64,000 nucleotides of DNA from positions 186,001-250,000 of IMG/VR virus record IMGVR_UViG_3300034072_000926; one strand, written 5' to 3'. A program made the translations under genes and the position numbers. Positions 1 through 8,785 of the stretch are shown in pieces. Within the stretch, counting starts at the first letter, position 1, and every line of letters begins with the position of its first letter. A model generated the notes under the pieces. That model did not search any database. It was given only the letters and a program-made list of their open reading frames with translations, and was not told the DNA's origin.

Positions 1-2361
1 TGGCATCTGAAGCTGAAGCTTCATGGTTATGACCAACAGGGCAATTATCGGGTCATCGGTTCGGGATGGACTTGGAAATTAACTCTGCTTGAGATTCAGA
101 GTAAGATTTCTGAGAATGGAGCGCTTCACACAATTTCGGCTCTACCGATCTCTGAAGTTGCTCTCAATAACCAGTATTGCATGATTCCCGATGGCACCTC
201 TATTGATGGAACGACTGTTGGCGAAGCAATGGGCAACCTTATGACATCCTTGAACAAGGGTGTGAATAAGAAGTATGGCGAAACAAATCCGCCGTTCATT
301 GAATATGCGATCAAGGACATGCCGTATCCCTATGATACTAAGGTCGGCGTCTCGAAGCCATTTGATCACAAGATTACCTCCTCGTCTGAAATTGACTCGA
401 ACGTCAAAACGACGACTACCTACGGAACTCAGACAAGCCAGTATGCTCCTGGCACTGATATTCCTGGCATCCTCGACACTTTGTTCGCAAGGTGCGAAAC
501 GGCAGTGAAGATGGCGCGTAACAGTCGTGAACTTCCGCCACAATCTAGCCCCGACACCGAATCCACTATTCGAGACGTGGCAAGCTTCTTGCACCGTATT
601 GATACACAGGTGGAATATACTGGATACGATGTTGTTCTTGGTGACTATTGTAAGAAGATCACCTATATTGTGAAACCCTATAGCTCGCTTCGTCTTCTGA
701 CCTCCATGGGAAGGGCAATGGCCTTCGACAAGGAAAAGTCGCTGAACAAGAACAAAGCAGCTCATGCGATTGAGAAGAAGTTCCTTCAGAAGCAATACGA
801 CTATATCTTCACTGGTCTCAACACTGAGGTCGAGAAGTTTGATATTCAGACCAACTTCCGTTGGGCAGTGAGTGTTCCCCAGCTTCAGGGTTGGGTAAGC
901 AATCAGCTAACGGCAGGTCGAGTTGATCCAACGCTGGTGGCACAGACTCACACAAATCAGCTGGCTTATTTTAATCAGACTCTGGCTGAGACTGATAAGA
1001 CGATTGCTGAGGTTGATGCAATTCGAGCAGCCCAAGGCTATGATAAGGAATCCGAAGAGGGTAAAGCCACTGAAGCAAAACGTGCTCGACTTCAGGCTGC
1101 AAGAGATAAGCATGAGAAAGCAATTGGTGTTCTCAGTAAATCAGTCGGCGCCGAGCGTGATAAGATTAACTCTGCGGCTCAAGAGAAGATCAACAATGCA
1201 AGGAAGGCAACACCACAAGGTCGAATTGTAGACGGCGAAGATGATGTCTACGAGAATGTAAGAGATGGTGGTGCAGGATATGGCGGCGCCGGTCGTGGCG
1301 ACTCTAGCTATCTACCAATCACAATCGTTCAGGATCCTGATGATCCGGCTGCGGCGGTTGCTCCTGGTTCATCCAATGATAACAATGCAAACAAGAGTGT
1401 CTACGGTGCTCTCTTGAACCAGCTCTATGGTTCGATGGACGGCAACCTGCAGGCTATTGAGCTTGATATTAAGGGTGACCCATATTGGCTCGGTCCTGGT
1501 AACTCGGGAACACCTTATGATGAATGGAGCACATCTTCTACTCCGAACTTTATGAACGGTGAACATATCTTCGTATTCCGATTCAAGCTGCCTTTGGGAT
1601 ATGATTCGGTTACTGGTACAGTTGCTTTGAACAAGGGTGCAAATGATGGCAATGGTTCATCGGCAACACCTGCAAATGGTGCAGCATCTACAGGCGGTAG
1701 CAGCAATATCTTCACTGGGTTCTACGCAACCACACAGGTAACTCACCACTTCAGAGACGGAGGGTTTAGTCAGACACTATCGGGTGTTCGTATTCCTGGT
1801 TGGTATTATGAGAATATCATCGAGGGTCGTGAGAACACCGTTGATGAAGATGTTATCTATAGCAACTCACAGAGCCCTGCAAGCCAGTATGGCGCAACTG
1901 GAGATGTTAAGACCGTTAGTCGTGGATCGTCTAGGGTTAACACTACTGGTCTCACTGATCAGGAACTCCTTGCGATCACTCTTGTTGGTGAAGCAGGTGG
2001 CGAAGGTCGCCAAGGCATGCAGGCTGTTGGTAATGTGATCATAAATCGAGTCAATGCAAACTACCGTGGTCAATCTACAGTAAGCGGCGTCATCACAGAT
2101 CCGTCGCAGTTCTCGGTTTGGAATGGTATTAACCCTGCATCTAAATATGAAGAATATTCGAGCAGATCTTCATATTCTACGGCTTATGAACTAGCCGGAC
2201 AAATGTTGGCAGGAGGAACCTCAGATATTACTGGCGGTGCCACCTCTTATCTCAACGTAACAGTTACAAAGCAGCAGCGCGGCGGCTCTCTACCTAGTTG
2301 GTATCAGTCGAGCAAGGTTACAACTAAGATTGGTAACCATACGTTCTTGAAAGGTGTATAA
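1..2361 (+). CDS. Baseplate hub/tail structural protein with C-terminal SleB-type (Hydrolase_2) cell-wall hydrolase domain; 5' end lies outside the window
   Basis: Frame is open from base 1 to the ATG at 181. 'IKGDPYWL' and 'VTHHFRDGGFSQTL' resemble hub proteins. C-terminal 'LAITLVGEAGGEGRQGMQAVGNVIINRV...SQFS...GGATSY...KIGNHTF' matches SleB/CwlJ motifs. Confidence 0.75.
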   Translation, partial: WHLKLKLHGYDQQGNYRVIGSGWTWKLTLLEIQSKISENGALHTISALPISEVALNNQYCMIPDGTSIDGTTVGEAMGNLMTSLNKGVNKKYGETNPPFIEYAIKDMPYPYDTKVGVSKPFDHKITSSSEIDSNVKTTTTYGTQTSQYAPGTDIPGILDTLFARCETAVKMARNSRELPPQSSPDTESTIRDVASFLHRIDTQVEYTGYDVVLGDYCKKITYIVKPYSSLRLLTSMGRAMAFDKEKSLNKNKAAHAIEKKFLQKQYDYIFTGLNTEVEKFDIQTNFRWAVSVPQLQGWVSNQLTAGRVDPTLVAQTHTNQLAYFNQTLAETDKTIAEVDAIRAAQGYDKESEEGKATEAKRARLQAARDKHEKAIGVLSKSVGAERDKINSAAQEKINNARKATPQGRIVDGEDDVYENVRDGGAGYGGAGRGDSSYLPITIVQDPDDPAAAVAPGSSNDNNANKSVYGALLNQLYGSMDGNLQAIELDIKGDPYWLGPGNSGTPYDEWSTSSTPNFMNGEHIFVFRFKLPLGYDSVTGTVALNKGANDGNGSSATPANGAASTGGSSNIFTGFYATTQVTHHFRDGGFSQTLSGVRIPGWYYENIIEGRENTVDEDVIYSNSQSPASQYGATGDVKTVSRGSSRVNTTGLTDQELLAITLVGEAGGEGRQGMQAVGNVIINRVNANYRGQSTVSGVITDPSQFSVWNGINPASKYEEYSSRSSYSTAYELAGQMLAGGTSDITGGATSYLNVTVTKQQRGGSLPSWYQSSKVTTKIGNHTFLKGV

Positions 2362-4178
2362 TGGCAAGTAATCGAGGCTTTAATCGATCCACAAGGACGC
2401 CTGCAGGTTATAGCCATGCGCCTGGCGGTCGTGTGGCTATGTTCAATCAGACCTATCTTGGTTATGTGAAGCATAATGAGGATGCTTTCAAGATGGGTCG
2501 TTTGAAGGTGTGGATTCCAGAATTCTCCACTGACCCGGATGACGCAAGTCAGTGGTTCACTGTCCAGTATTGCAGTCCAATGGCCGGTGCAACATCGGTC
2601 AAGAACAATGTCAAAGAGGGCCGAACAATGGCTGACACACAGAAGTCCTATGGCTGGTGGTCAGTTGTGCCTGATCTTGAAAATGAAGTTGTGGTCATGT
2701 TCCTCAATGGTGACCCTAATCGTGGCATCTACATTGGTGGCATGTATCAACAGTTCATGAACCACATGGTTCCTGGTCTGCCCACTAATGCGAGCTACCA
2801 AGAAGGACAGGATGGACAGGATCCACCGGTTGCAGAATATAACCGCTGGGATCCAAATGCTAGTAACTCTGACAACCACACTAGGGCGCGCTACGAGCCC
2901 CTACACGAGGCGCTAGTTAACCAGGGGCTCTACACAGACCAACAGCGTGGTCCTTCTACTGCTGGCGCTCGTAGGGACGGGGTGAGCAAAGCTTACGGCT
3001 TTCTCAGTCCCGGTGGTTCACAATTTGTCTTTGATGACTCTGAAGAGAACAGCTATATCAGGATCCGAACCGCAACTGGCGCACAGGTTCTGATTAATGA
3101 TTCGGCCGGTTACGTTTATATCAACTCTGGCAATGGCAACTCTTGGCTAGAAGTAAGCGATGAAGGTGTTGACGTCTACAGTGCCTATGCGGTTAGCTTA
3201 CGAGCACAGGGTGACTTCAATATCCATTCCGATGCTTCGATCAATATGTATGCCAAGAAGTCGATTAATATGTTCAGCAGTGGCTCTGGAACGATGCAAT
3301 TCGGTAAGAGTCTAGACACTATGGTTGGTTCGGCAATGACCACAAAGGTCACTGGTGACTATGGACTGAAGGTAAACGGCAAAGGTGCCCTGGAAGTCAA
3401 GGGAACTCTAGGCATGGGTGCAAGTGGCGACATCATCATGAAGGCACCACAGATCCAACAGAACGCAGCAACACCTGATAAGCCAAGTGATGCAAAAGGT
3501 CCTGAACTATCTGGTCTCGAAGACCGTGAACTCAATGTAGGATCTGAGTATGAGGAAATCTCTACCAATTCCATCGTGAGTAGGCTTCCCACTCATGAAC
3601 CTTGGTCTGGTCATCCAAGCGGTAGATCTGGAGCCGCTCGTGGTCGAGTGGACCTCAATGTGAGTTCACGAAACCAGATTGATGGCAACGGCACGTCGAG
3701 TGATAATGCTGGAGATATTCAACCCGGTGAGGAAGAGTTCATCGCCACAGATAATGCGACCTTCGTGGCTCCAGCTAGTGGTCCAGTGACATCTTTGTTC
3801 GGTCCTCGTAACACAGGTATCGCAGGCGCTAGTCGTAACCACAAGGGTGTTGACCTTGGCATTCCTCGTGGCAGTTCTGTGGTTGCAATGCGTGACGGAA
3901 CAGTCACTAAGGCAGGTTGGGGAACTGGATACGGTAACGTGATCTACATTAAGCATGATGATGGATATGAAACCCGTTACGCTCACTTGACCAGTTTCAA
4001 TGTGCGCCCAGGCACAAAGGTCAAGCAGGGACAGGTTATCGCAAAGTCAGGCAACACTGGTGTTGGTAGTGGACCGCATCTTCACTTTGAGATTCGAAAG
4101 GGCGGCGTGGCTATGAATCCAAGCCAGAAGCTCAAGAATATCAGGAAGGGTTCTCGACTTACAGCGGGAAGGAACTAA
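2361..4178 (+). CDS. gp5/VgrG-like baseplate spike protein with C-terminal M23 metallopeptidase
   Basis: N-terminal OB-fold pattern (MGRLKVWIPE...W...PDLENEVVVMFLNGDPNRG) and beta-helix-like repeats. M23 motifs HKGVDL, YAHL, GPHLHFE. Confidence 0.85.
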   Translation: MASNRGFNRSTRTPAGYSHAPGGRVAMFNQTYLGYVKHNEDAFKMGRLKVWIPEFSTDPDDASQWFTVQYCSPMAGATSVKNNVKEGRTMADTQKSYGWWSVVPDLENEVVVMFLNGDPNRGIYIGGMYQQFMNHMVPGLPTNASYQEGQDGQDPPVAEYNRWDPNASNSDNHTRARYEPLHEALVNQGLYTDQQRGPSTAGARRDGVSKAYGFLSPGGSQFVFDDSEENSYIRIRTATGAQVLINDSAGYVYINSGNGNSWLEVSDEGVDVYSAYAVSLRAQGDFNIHSDASINMYAKKSINMFSSGSGTMQFGKSLDTMVGSAMTTKVTGDYGLKVNGKGALEVKGTLGMGASGDIIMKAPQIQQNAATPDKPSDAKGPELSGLEDRELNVGSEYEEISTNSIVSRLPTHEPWSGHPSGRSGAARGRVDLNVSSRNQIDGNGTSSDNAGDIQPGEEEFIATDNATFVAPASGPVTSLFGPRNTGIAGASRNHKGVDLGIPRGSSVVAMRDGTVTKAGWGTGYGNVIYIKHDDGYETRYAHLTSFNVRPGTKVKQGQVIAKSGNTGVGSGPHLHFEIRKGGVAMNPSQKLKNIRKGSRLTAGRN

Positions 4179-4181
4179 TTG

Positions 4182-4205
4182 GAAGAGCGCCGAAAGGCGC
4201 TCTTC
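4182..4205. terminator. Bidirectional intrinsic terminator hairpin
   Basis: GAAGAGCGCC-GAAA-GGCGCTCTTC between convergent genes. Confidence 0.75.
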
Positions 4206-4207
4206 TG

Positions 4208-4810
4208 TTATCGATTTGGAATGCCCTTGATGGGAGCCATTCCTCGAGTTTCTCGGACCATGTTGATAAACATCGCCCCTTGTTCAATGGCGTCGTCAAT
4301 TGCCACGTGGGTATGTGGCAAATCATCGAACCAATGCTTTGGCATACTTCGCTTGCTACAGGACTGGAAATGCTTTCCCATAATCGCCCATGCGTAGCTC
4401 TTTACGTCTACGCAACGCGAGAAGCTGAAGGGATTATCGCCCAAGAACTTCACGCAATAGTAGTCAATCCATTTGAAGTCATACGCCGCAGGATAACCAA
4501 CGAAGATTGGCTTTCCGGGGAGCGTATCAAGCCATGCAGCGTATTCCTTCATGGCTTCTTCAGGGTCTCGAACATTGACCCTCGTCTTCGCATATGCAGC
4601 CTGGTTCTCAGGTGTCTCGTTCCAAAACTCCATTGTGCTTGGATGAGACTGAGCACCTTCTAGTGTTTCTAGATTGGCTTCAAAAGTTCCAATGAGATTC
4701 TTCTCAATGTCGAAAGCGGCAGTTGCAAAGCTGAGCATACTTGAGAGACCTGGGCATTTGCCGTCGGCCTCGATATCAGTCATACAATAGATTTCGGGTT
4801 TGCTACCCAT
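4208..4810 (-). CDS. DEDDh 3'-5' exonuclease (RNase AS/Rv2179c-like)
   Basis: TDIEADG, AYDF and HVAIDDA motifs. ATG at 4810 follows AGGAAGG. Confidence 0.75.
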   Translation of the reverse strand: MGSKPEIYCMTDIEADGKCPGLSSMLSFATAAFDIEKNLIGTFEANLETLEGAQSHPSTMEFWNETPENQAAYAKTRVNVRDPEEAMKEYAAWLDTLPGKPIFVGYPAAYDFKWIDYYCVKFLGDNPFSFSRCVDVKSYAWAIMGKHFQSCSKRSMPKHWFDDLPHTHVAIDDAIEQGAMFINMVRETRGMAPIKGIPNR

Positions 4811-4838
4811 GCTCACCTTCCTGTCCGTTTTCCGGATC

Positions 4839-5087
4839 TTAGGTTTGTGTGTTAGGATCGCTTTTCACCTTCTTAGCTGCCTTTCGAGCAGCCAAAATTT
4901 CCTCAGGGTCAGTAATCCACTTGGGATTCTTTTCGTCGGGACTTTTGAGTTCAGGTGCTACGAGAGTGCGCTTCCTCCTTGATCCATTAAGGATCATTGG
5001 AGCGGTTTCTACCTTCTTTACACTCTCGAATTTTTCGCGATCCGCTTTGGCTTTTGCCTTAGGATCGTCAATATCTGACTTTTCCAT
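4839..5087 (-). CDS. Hypothetical basic protein
   Basis: 82-aa ORF with AGGAG RBS and an upstream sigma70-like promoter. Confidence 0.6.
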   Translation of the reverse strand: MEKSDIDDPKAKAKADREKFESVKKVETAPMILNGSRRKRTLVAPELKSPDEKNPKWITDPEEILAARKAAKKVKSDPNTQT

Positions 5088-5095
5088 TCTCCTAC

Positions 5096-5123
5096 TTTAT
5101 AGCATCTATTTCCAAACTGTCAA
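5096..5123 (-). promoter_or_regulatory. Sigma70-like early promoter
   Basis: TTGACA-N16-TATAAA on the minus strand. Confidence 0.65.
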
Positions 5124-5161
5124 CAAAGAGTATTCCATAAAGTGCATGGTTTATAGCCCAC

Positions 5162-5167
5162 TAAATA
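5162..5167 (+). promoter_or_regulatory. T4-like late promoter (TAAATA)
   Basis: TAAATA about 20 nt upstream of the gp25-like gene; the motif recurs before other structural genes. Confidence 0.55.
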
Positions 5168-5188
5168 TGGTTACATTGGAGGATAGAT

Positions 5189-5569
5189 ATGGCACGTAGA
5201 GCAATTATCGGGTTCAGCACCCAAGAGATGCAGGGCAAACGAGGTTGGACAGTATATGACGTCGATCTTATCAAGCGTGACCTCCTAAACCATTTTCACA
5301 CCCGTAGGGGCGAACGTCTCATGCTGCCAACCTATGGCACTATCATTTGGGACAAACTCTTTGAACCCTTCACCGAAGGCACCAAGCAAGAGATTGTTGA
5401 TGATGTTATAAGGATCGTCAGAACTGACTCTCGCGTAAAGCTTCAGGCAGTTGATGTTTCTACCAGCACCTATGGAATTTCGGTGGCAATCGAACTGAAG
5501 TATGAGCCTTGGGATGCCGTCGGCACCTTTGCTCTCGAGTTTGACCGTCGCTCTCTTGAGAGGATCTAA
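5189..5569 (+). CDS. Baseplate wedge protein, gp25-like
   Basis: 'LIKRDLLNHFHTRRGERLMLPTYGTIIWDKLFEP' matches the GPW/gp25 pattern. Confidence 0.85.
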   Translation: MARRAIIGFSTQEMQGKRGWTVYDVDLIKRDLLNHFHTRRGERLMLPTYGTIIWDKLFEPFTEGTKQEIVDDVIRIVRTDSRVKLQAVDVSTSTYGISVAIELKYEPWDAVGTFALEFDRRSLERI

Positions 5570-5572
5570 CGA

Positions 5573-8500
5573 ATGTCCCAATCACAGCGCCAGAGCGAGT
5601 TGTTCGCAGGTAATGACTGGCTTGCAGTCTATCGTGCATTCACTGAGGTAAACCTCAACGCTTTTGACTTCTCGTCCATCCGTCAGGCTATGGTCGATTA
5701 CATCCGTCGCAACTATGCTGAAGATTTCAATGACTGGATTGAATCTTCTGAATTCGTTGCGCTGATTGACTTGCTGGCTTACTTGGGTCAGAGTCTTGCA
5801 TTCAGGACTGACATTAACGCCCGTGAGAATTTCCTAGACACGGCTCGTCGTCGTGAATCGGTTCTACGTCTCGCTCGTTCGCTTTCCTACAATCCAAAGC
5901 GTAACTACCCTGCTCGTGGCTTGGCAAAGATCACAGAGATCCGCACTACGCATGACGTCTACGATTCGACTGGTAAGAACCTCAACAATATCGCGATCAA
6001 GTGGGACGACGCCAATAACGCTGATTGGTTTGAACAGTGGGTTCTGGTTCTCAATGCCTCTCTGATTGAAACCAATCCATTCGGCGTTCCTCTCAAGACA
6101 GAATCACTCGACGGTATTGAGACTCAGTTGTATCGAGTTGACAACGTCCAGAATACTCCTGGTAACTATCCGTTCACTACTAACGTGAACAATCAGAGCT
6201 ATTCCTTCGATGTTGTGAATGCCGACTTCAACACTTCGTTTGGTTTCGTTGAGCAGACTCCTAATCCAATCTCTAGCTACCACATGATCTATAGGTCAGA
6301 TGGTAACGGCAACAGCTCGCCAAACACTGGCTTCTTTGTTTACTTCAAGCAGGGAACCCTACAGAAGAGCGACTACAAGATTTCGGAACCACAAGAAAAC
6401 CGAATGATCTATCTCGACACCAGCAACGTCAACGAAACTGACGTATGGGTTCAGAGTGTTGATGACTTGGGTTCTATCTTGTCTGCCGGTGAATGGACCC
6501 GTGTTGGTCATGTTCCTAGCGACGATATGGTCAAGGTCTTCCTAACCACTGAGAATATTACCTACAACTCAGTTGATGTGGACGTGCAGAACATCTACCA
6601 GGTAATCACACAGGAAGAGGATCGCATTGCTCTTCGTTTCGGTGACGGTCGTTTCGGCATGTCTCCAGTCGGTAACCTGCGCGTTTGGTATCGTGTCTCC
6701 TCGAATGAGAACTTGAATGTTCGTCCAGAAGATATTCAGGGTGTGAACATCAACATTCCATTCTATGCAAAGAATAACACCCAGAAGCGTTTGAGCTTAA
6801 CCTTTAGCCTACAGGAAGCAGTCAACAATGGTGTTTCAACCGAAACATCGACTGAGATTCGTCGCCGTGCTTCGAGGGTCTACTCAACTCAGGGTCGTAT
6901 GGTCAGCGGTGCTGACTATAACGAACTACCTGTTCAGACCAATCTGGCTGTGAAACTCAAAGCAGTGAATCGTGTCTACTCTGGCCAGTCTCGTTATATC
7001 GACCTCAATGATCCAACCGGTAGCTATCAGAACACTCATGTGTTCGCCGATGACGGCGCATTCTACCTATTGTCGGCCAATGAATCGTCGGAGGTGAACC
7101 ACACTGTGGCTAACACCGATGAGATGATGAACAACTTCATTCAGGATGCCGTTAGCAGTATCGCGCTGAAGGATTTCTACCACAACTATCTCTATGAGAA
7201 TCTCGCAGATGCAGATGTTGTTGGTATTACGTCATACTTCTCAACTGAATATCTTGCTAAGAATGAAATCCGACGTCAGGTTCGCGAAAGCCTAGAACTG
7301 AATAGGACTTTTGCACTTGGATTCAACAACACTACTGCGGCTGATGGCTGGTATGTCTTGGCTTCGAGCGAGATCAATCCTGATCTGTCGGCCAGTTATG
7401 CCTTTGATAGCACGGTCGCCCCTGGTCCAAACAGTTGGCTAGTTCACGTTGAATACACGAGTAACTTCTGGCGTATTACCACTAGGGGACTTTCCTATGT
7501 CTTTGAAAGCAAGCAGGATTGCAAGTTCTTCTTTGCTTCTGAATATAGGTCGATTGACCCCCAGACTGGTAAAGCAGGCAATGACACTGTAAGCCTTTTG
7601 AGAAAGCCAAACAATTTCAGTGGCATTCGTTTGTTCAACTCTGTTGCTGATAAGAATTCGAATATTCCGTTGAAATGCTTAAAGCGAGATCTGATGTTTA
7701 AGCTTGAAGGTATGTTTGTTTATCCAGATGGTTTCAATGAACCATCTAGGGTCAAGGTGCGTTTCAATGATATGAACGGCGATGGTGTTGCCGACGTTCC
7801 TTATTCCTATAAGTTGATCAAGAACATTGATCCAGAACGCAACACGATTGTGCATCAAGACACTTATAGCACGGATGGATACCCGGTTCAGAAGCTAGTC
7901 AAGCGTCTTGAACTAGACGAAGAAGATGACAACAAAATTGCAACCACTCTATTACCTGGCGAGTTTGGTTACGTGGAACTAAGCGACCACACTGTTAAGA
8001 TTTATAGGGGCAACAGCGTCAACATTGTTCCAACTGAGGCAGATGTTTGTCGTAACCCAAGCACAGGTGCAGCGGCCATTCTTGGACGTTCTTTGACGTC
8101 ACAGCAGGTTCTCTATCCAACTGGTCAATCGGGTTCCGCAAATTTCACAGTTCGTGAGGGTGTGAACGATTTGATCTTCCAGTGGAGGCACTTTGCTCCA
8201 AGTAGCCACCGAATCGATCCAGCGATCTCGAATATCATTGACATCTTTGTTCTCACTCGCGAATACAATGATGCAATGATCTCTTGGCGCAATGCCGGTG
8301 CTGATCCATTGTCTCAGCCAAAGAGCCCAAGTGAGCTTAACCTGAGGACAACATTCAATCCTCTTGAGGAATTTAAGATGTTCTCGGATGAGATCATTTG
8401 GCGTCCTGTGAAGTTCAAGCTTCTCTTTGGTCAATCGGCAGAAGCAGCCCTGCAGGCAAAGTTCAAGATTGTGAAACTGAGCGGAACCTCTATGAGCGAT

Positions 8501-8785
8501 GGCGAAATTAAGAGCCAGGTTATCGCGGCAATGAGGAATTTCTTTGAAGTAAATAACTGGGATTTCGGTGAGACATTCTTCTTCTCTGAACTAGGTGCAT
8601 ATATTCATAGGCAATTGAGCACCGCTATTTCGAGTGTAGAAATCGTCCCCGTCCAGAATGATAGTTACTTTGGTAATTTGCGTGAAATTCGATGCGCTCC
8701 GGACGAACTGTTCTTCGTAACGGCCCAGGTCAATGACATCGACATTATCACCGCAAATACTCCAACGAATCTCAGGATTAGGTAA
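5573..8785 (+). CDS. Baseplate wedge protein, gp6-like
   Basis: 'DFSSIRQAMVDY...DWIESSEFVALIDLLAY...ENFLDTARRRESVLRLARSLSYNP', 'FGDGRFG', 'RMVSGADY'. Confidence 0.85.
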   Translation: MSQSQRQSELFAGNDWLAVYRAFTEVNLNAFDFSSIRQAMVDYIRRNYAEDFNDWIESSEFVALIDLLAYLGQSLAFRTDINARENFLDTARRRESVLRLARSLSYNPKRNYPARGLAKITEIRTTHDVYDSTGKNLNNIAIKWDDANNADWFEQWVLVLNASLIETNPFGVPLKTESLDGIETQLYRVDNVQNTPGNYPFTTNVNNQSYSFDVVNADFNTSFGFVEQTPNPISSYHMIYRSDGNGNSSPNTGFFVYFKQGTLQKSDYKISEPQENRMIYLDTSNVNETDVWVQSVDDLGSILSAGEWTRVGHVPSDDMVKVFLTTENITYNSVDVDVQNIYQVITQEEDRIALRFGDGRFGMSPVGNLRVWYRVSSNENLNVRPEDIQGVNINIPFYAKNNTQKRLSLTFSLQEAVNNGVSTETSTEIRRRASRVYSTQGRMVSGADYNELPVQTNLAVKLKAVNRVYSGQSRYIDLNDPTGSYQNTHVFADDGAFYLLSANESSEVNHTVANTDEMMNNFIQDAVSSIALKDFYHNYLYENLADADVVGITSYFSTEYLAKNEIRRQVRESLELNRTFALGFNNTTAADGWYVLASSEINPDLSASYAFDSTVAPGPNSWLVHVEYTSNFWRITTRGLSYVFESKQDCKFFFASEYRSIDPQTGKAGNDTVSLLRKPNNFSGIRLFNSVADKNSNIPLKCLKRDLMFKLEGMFVYPDGFNEPSRVKVRFNDMNGDGVADVPYSYKLIKNIDPERNTIVHQDTYSTDGYPVQKLVKRLELDEEDDNKIATTLLPGEFGYVELSDHTVKIYRGNSVNIVPTEADVCRNPSTGAAAILGRSLTSQQVLYPTGQSGSANFTVREGVNDLIFQWRHFAPSSHRIDPAISNIIDIFVLTREYNDAMISWRNAGADPLSQPKSPSELNLRTTFNPLEEFKMFSDEIIWRPVKFKLLFGQSAEAALQAKFKIVKLSGTSMSDGEIKSQVIAAMRNFFEVNNWDFGETFFFSELGAYIHRQLSTAISSVEIVPVQNDSYFGNLREIRCAPDELFFVTAQVNDIDIITANTPTNLRIR

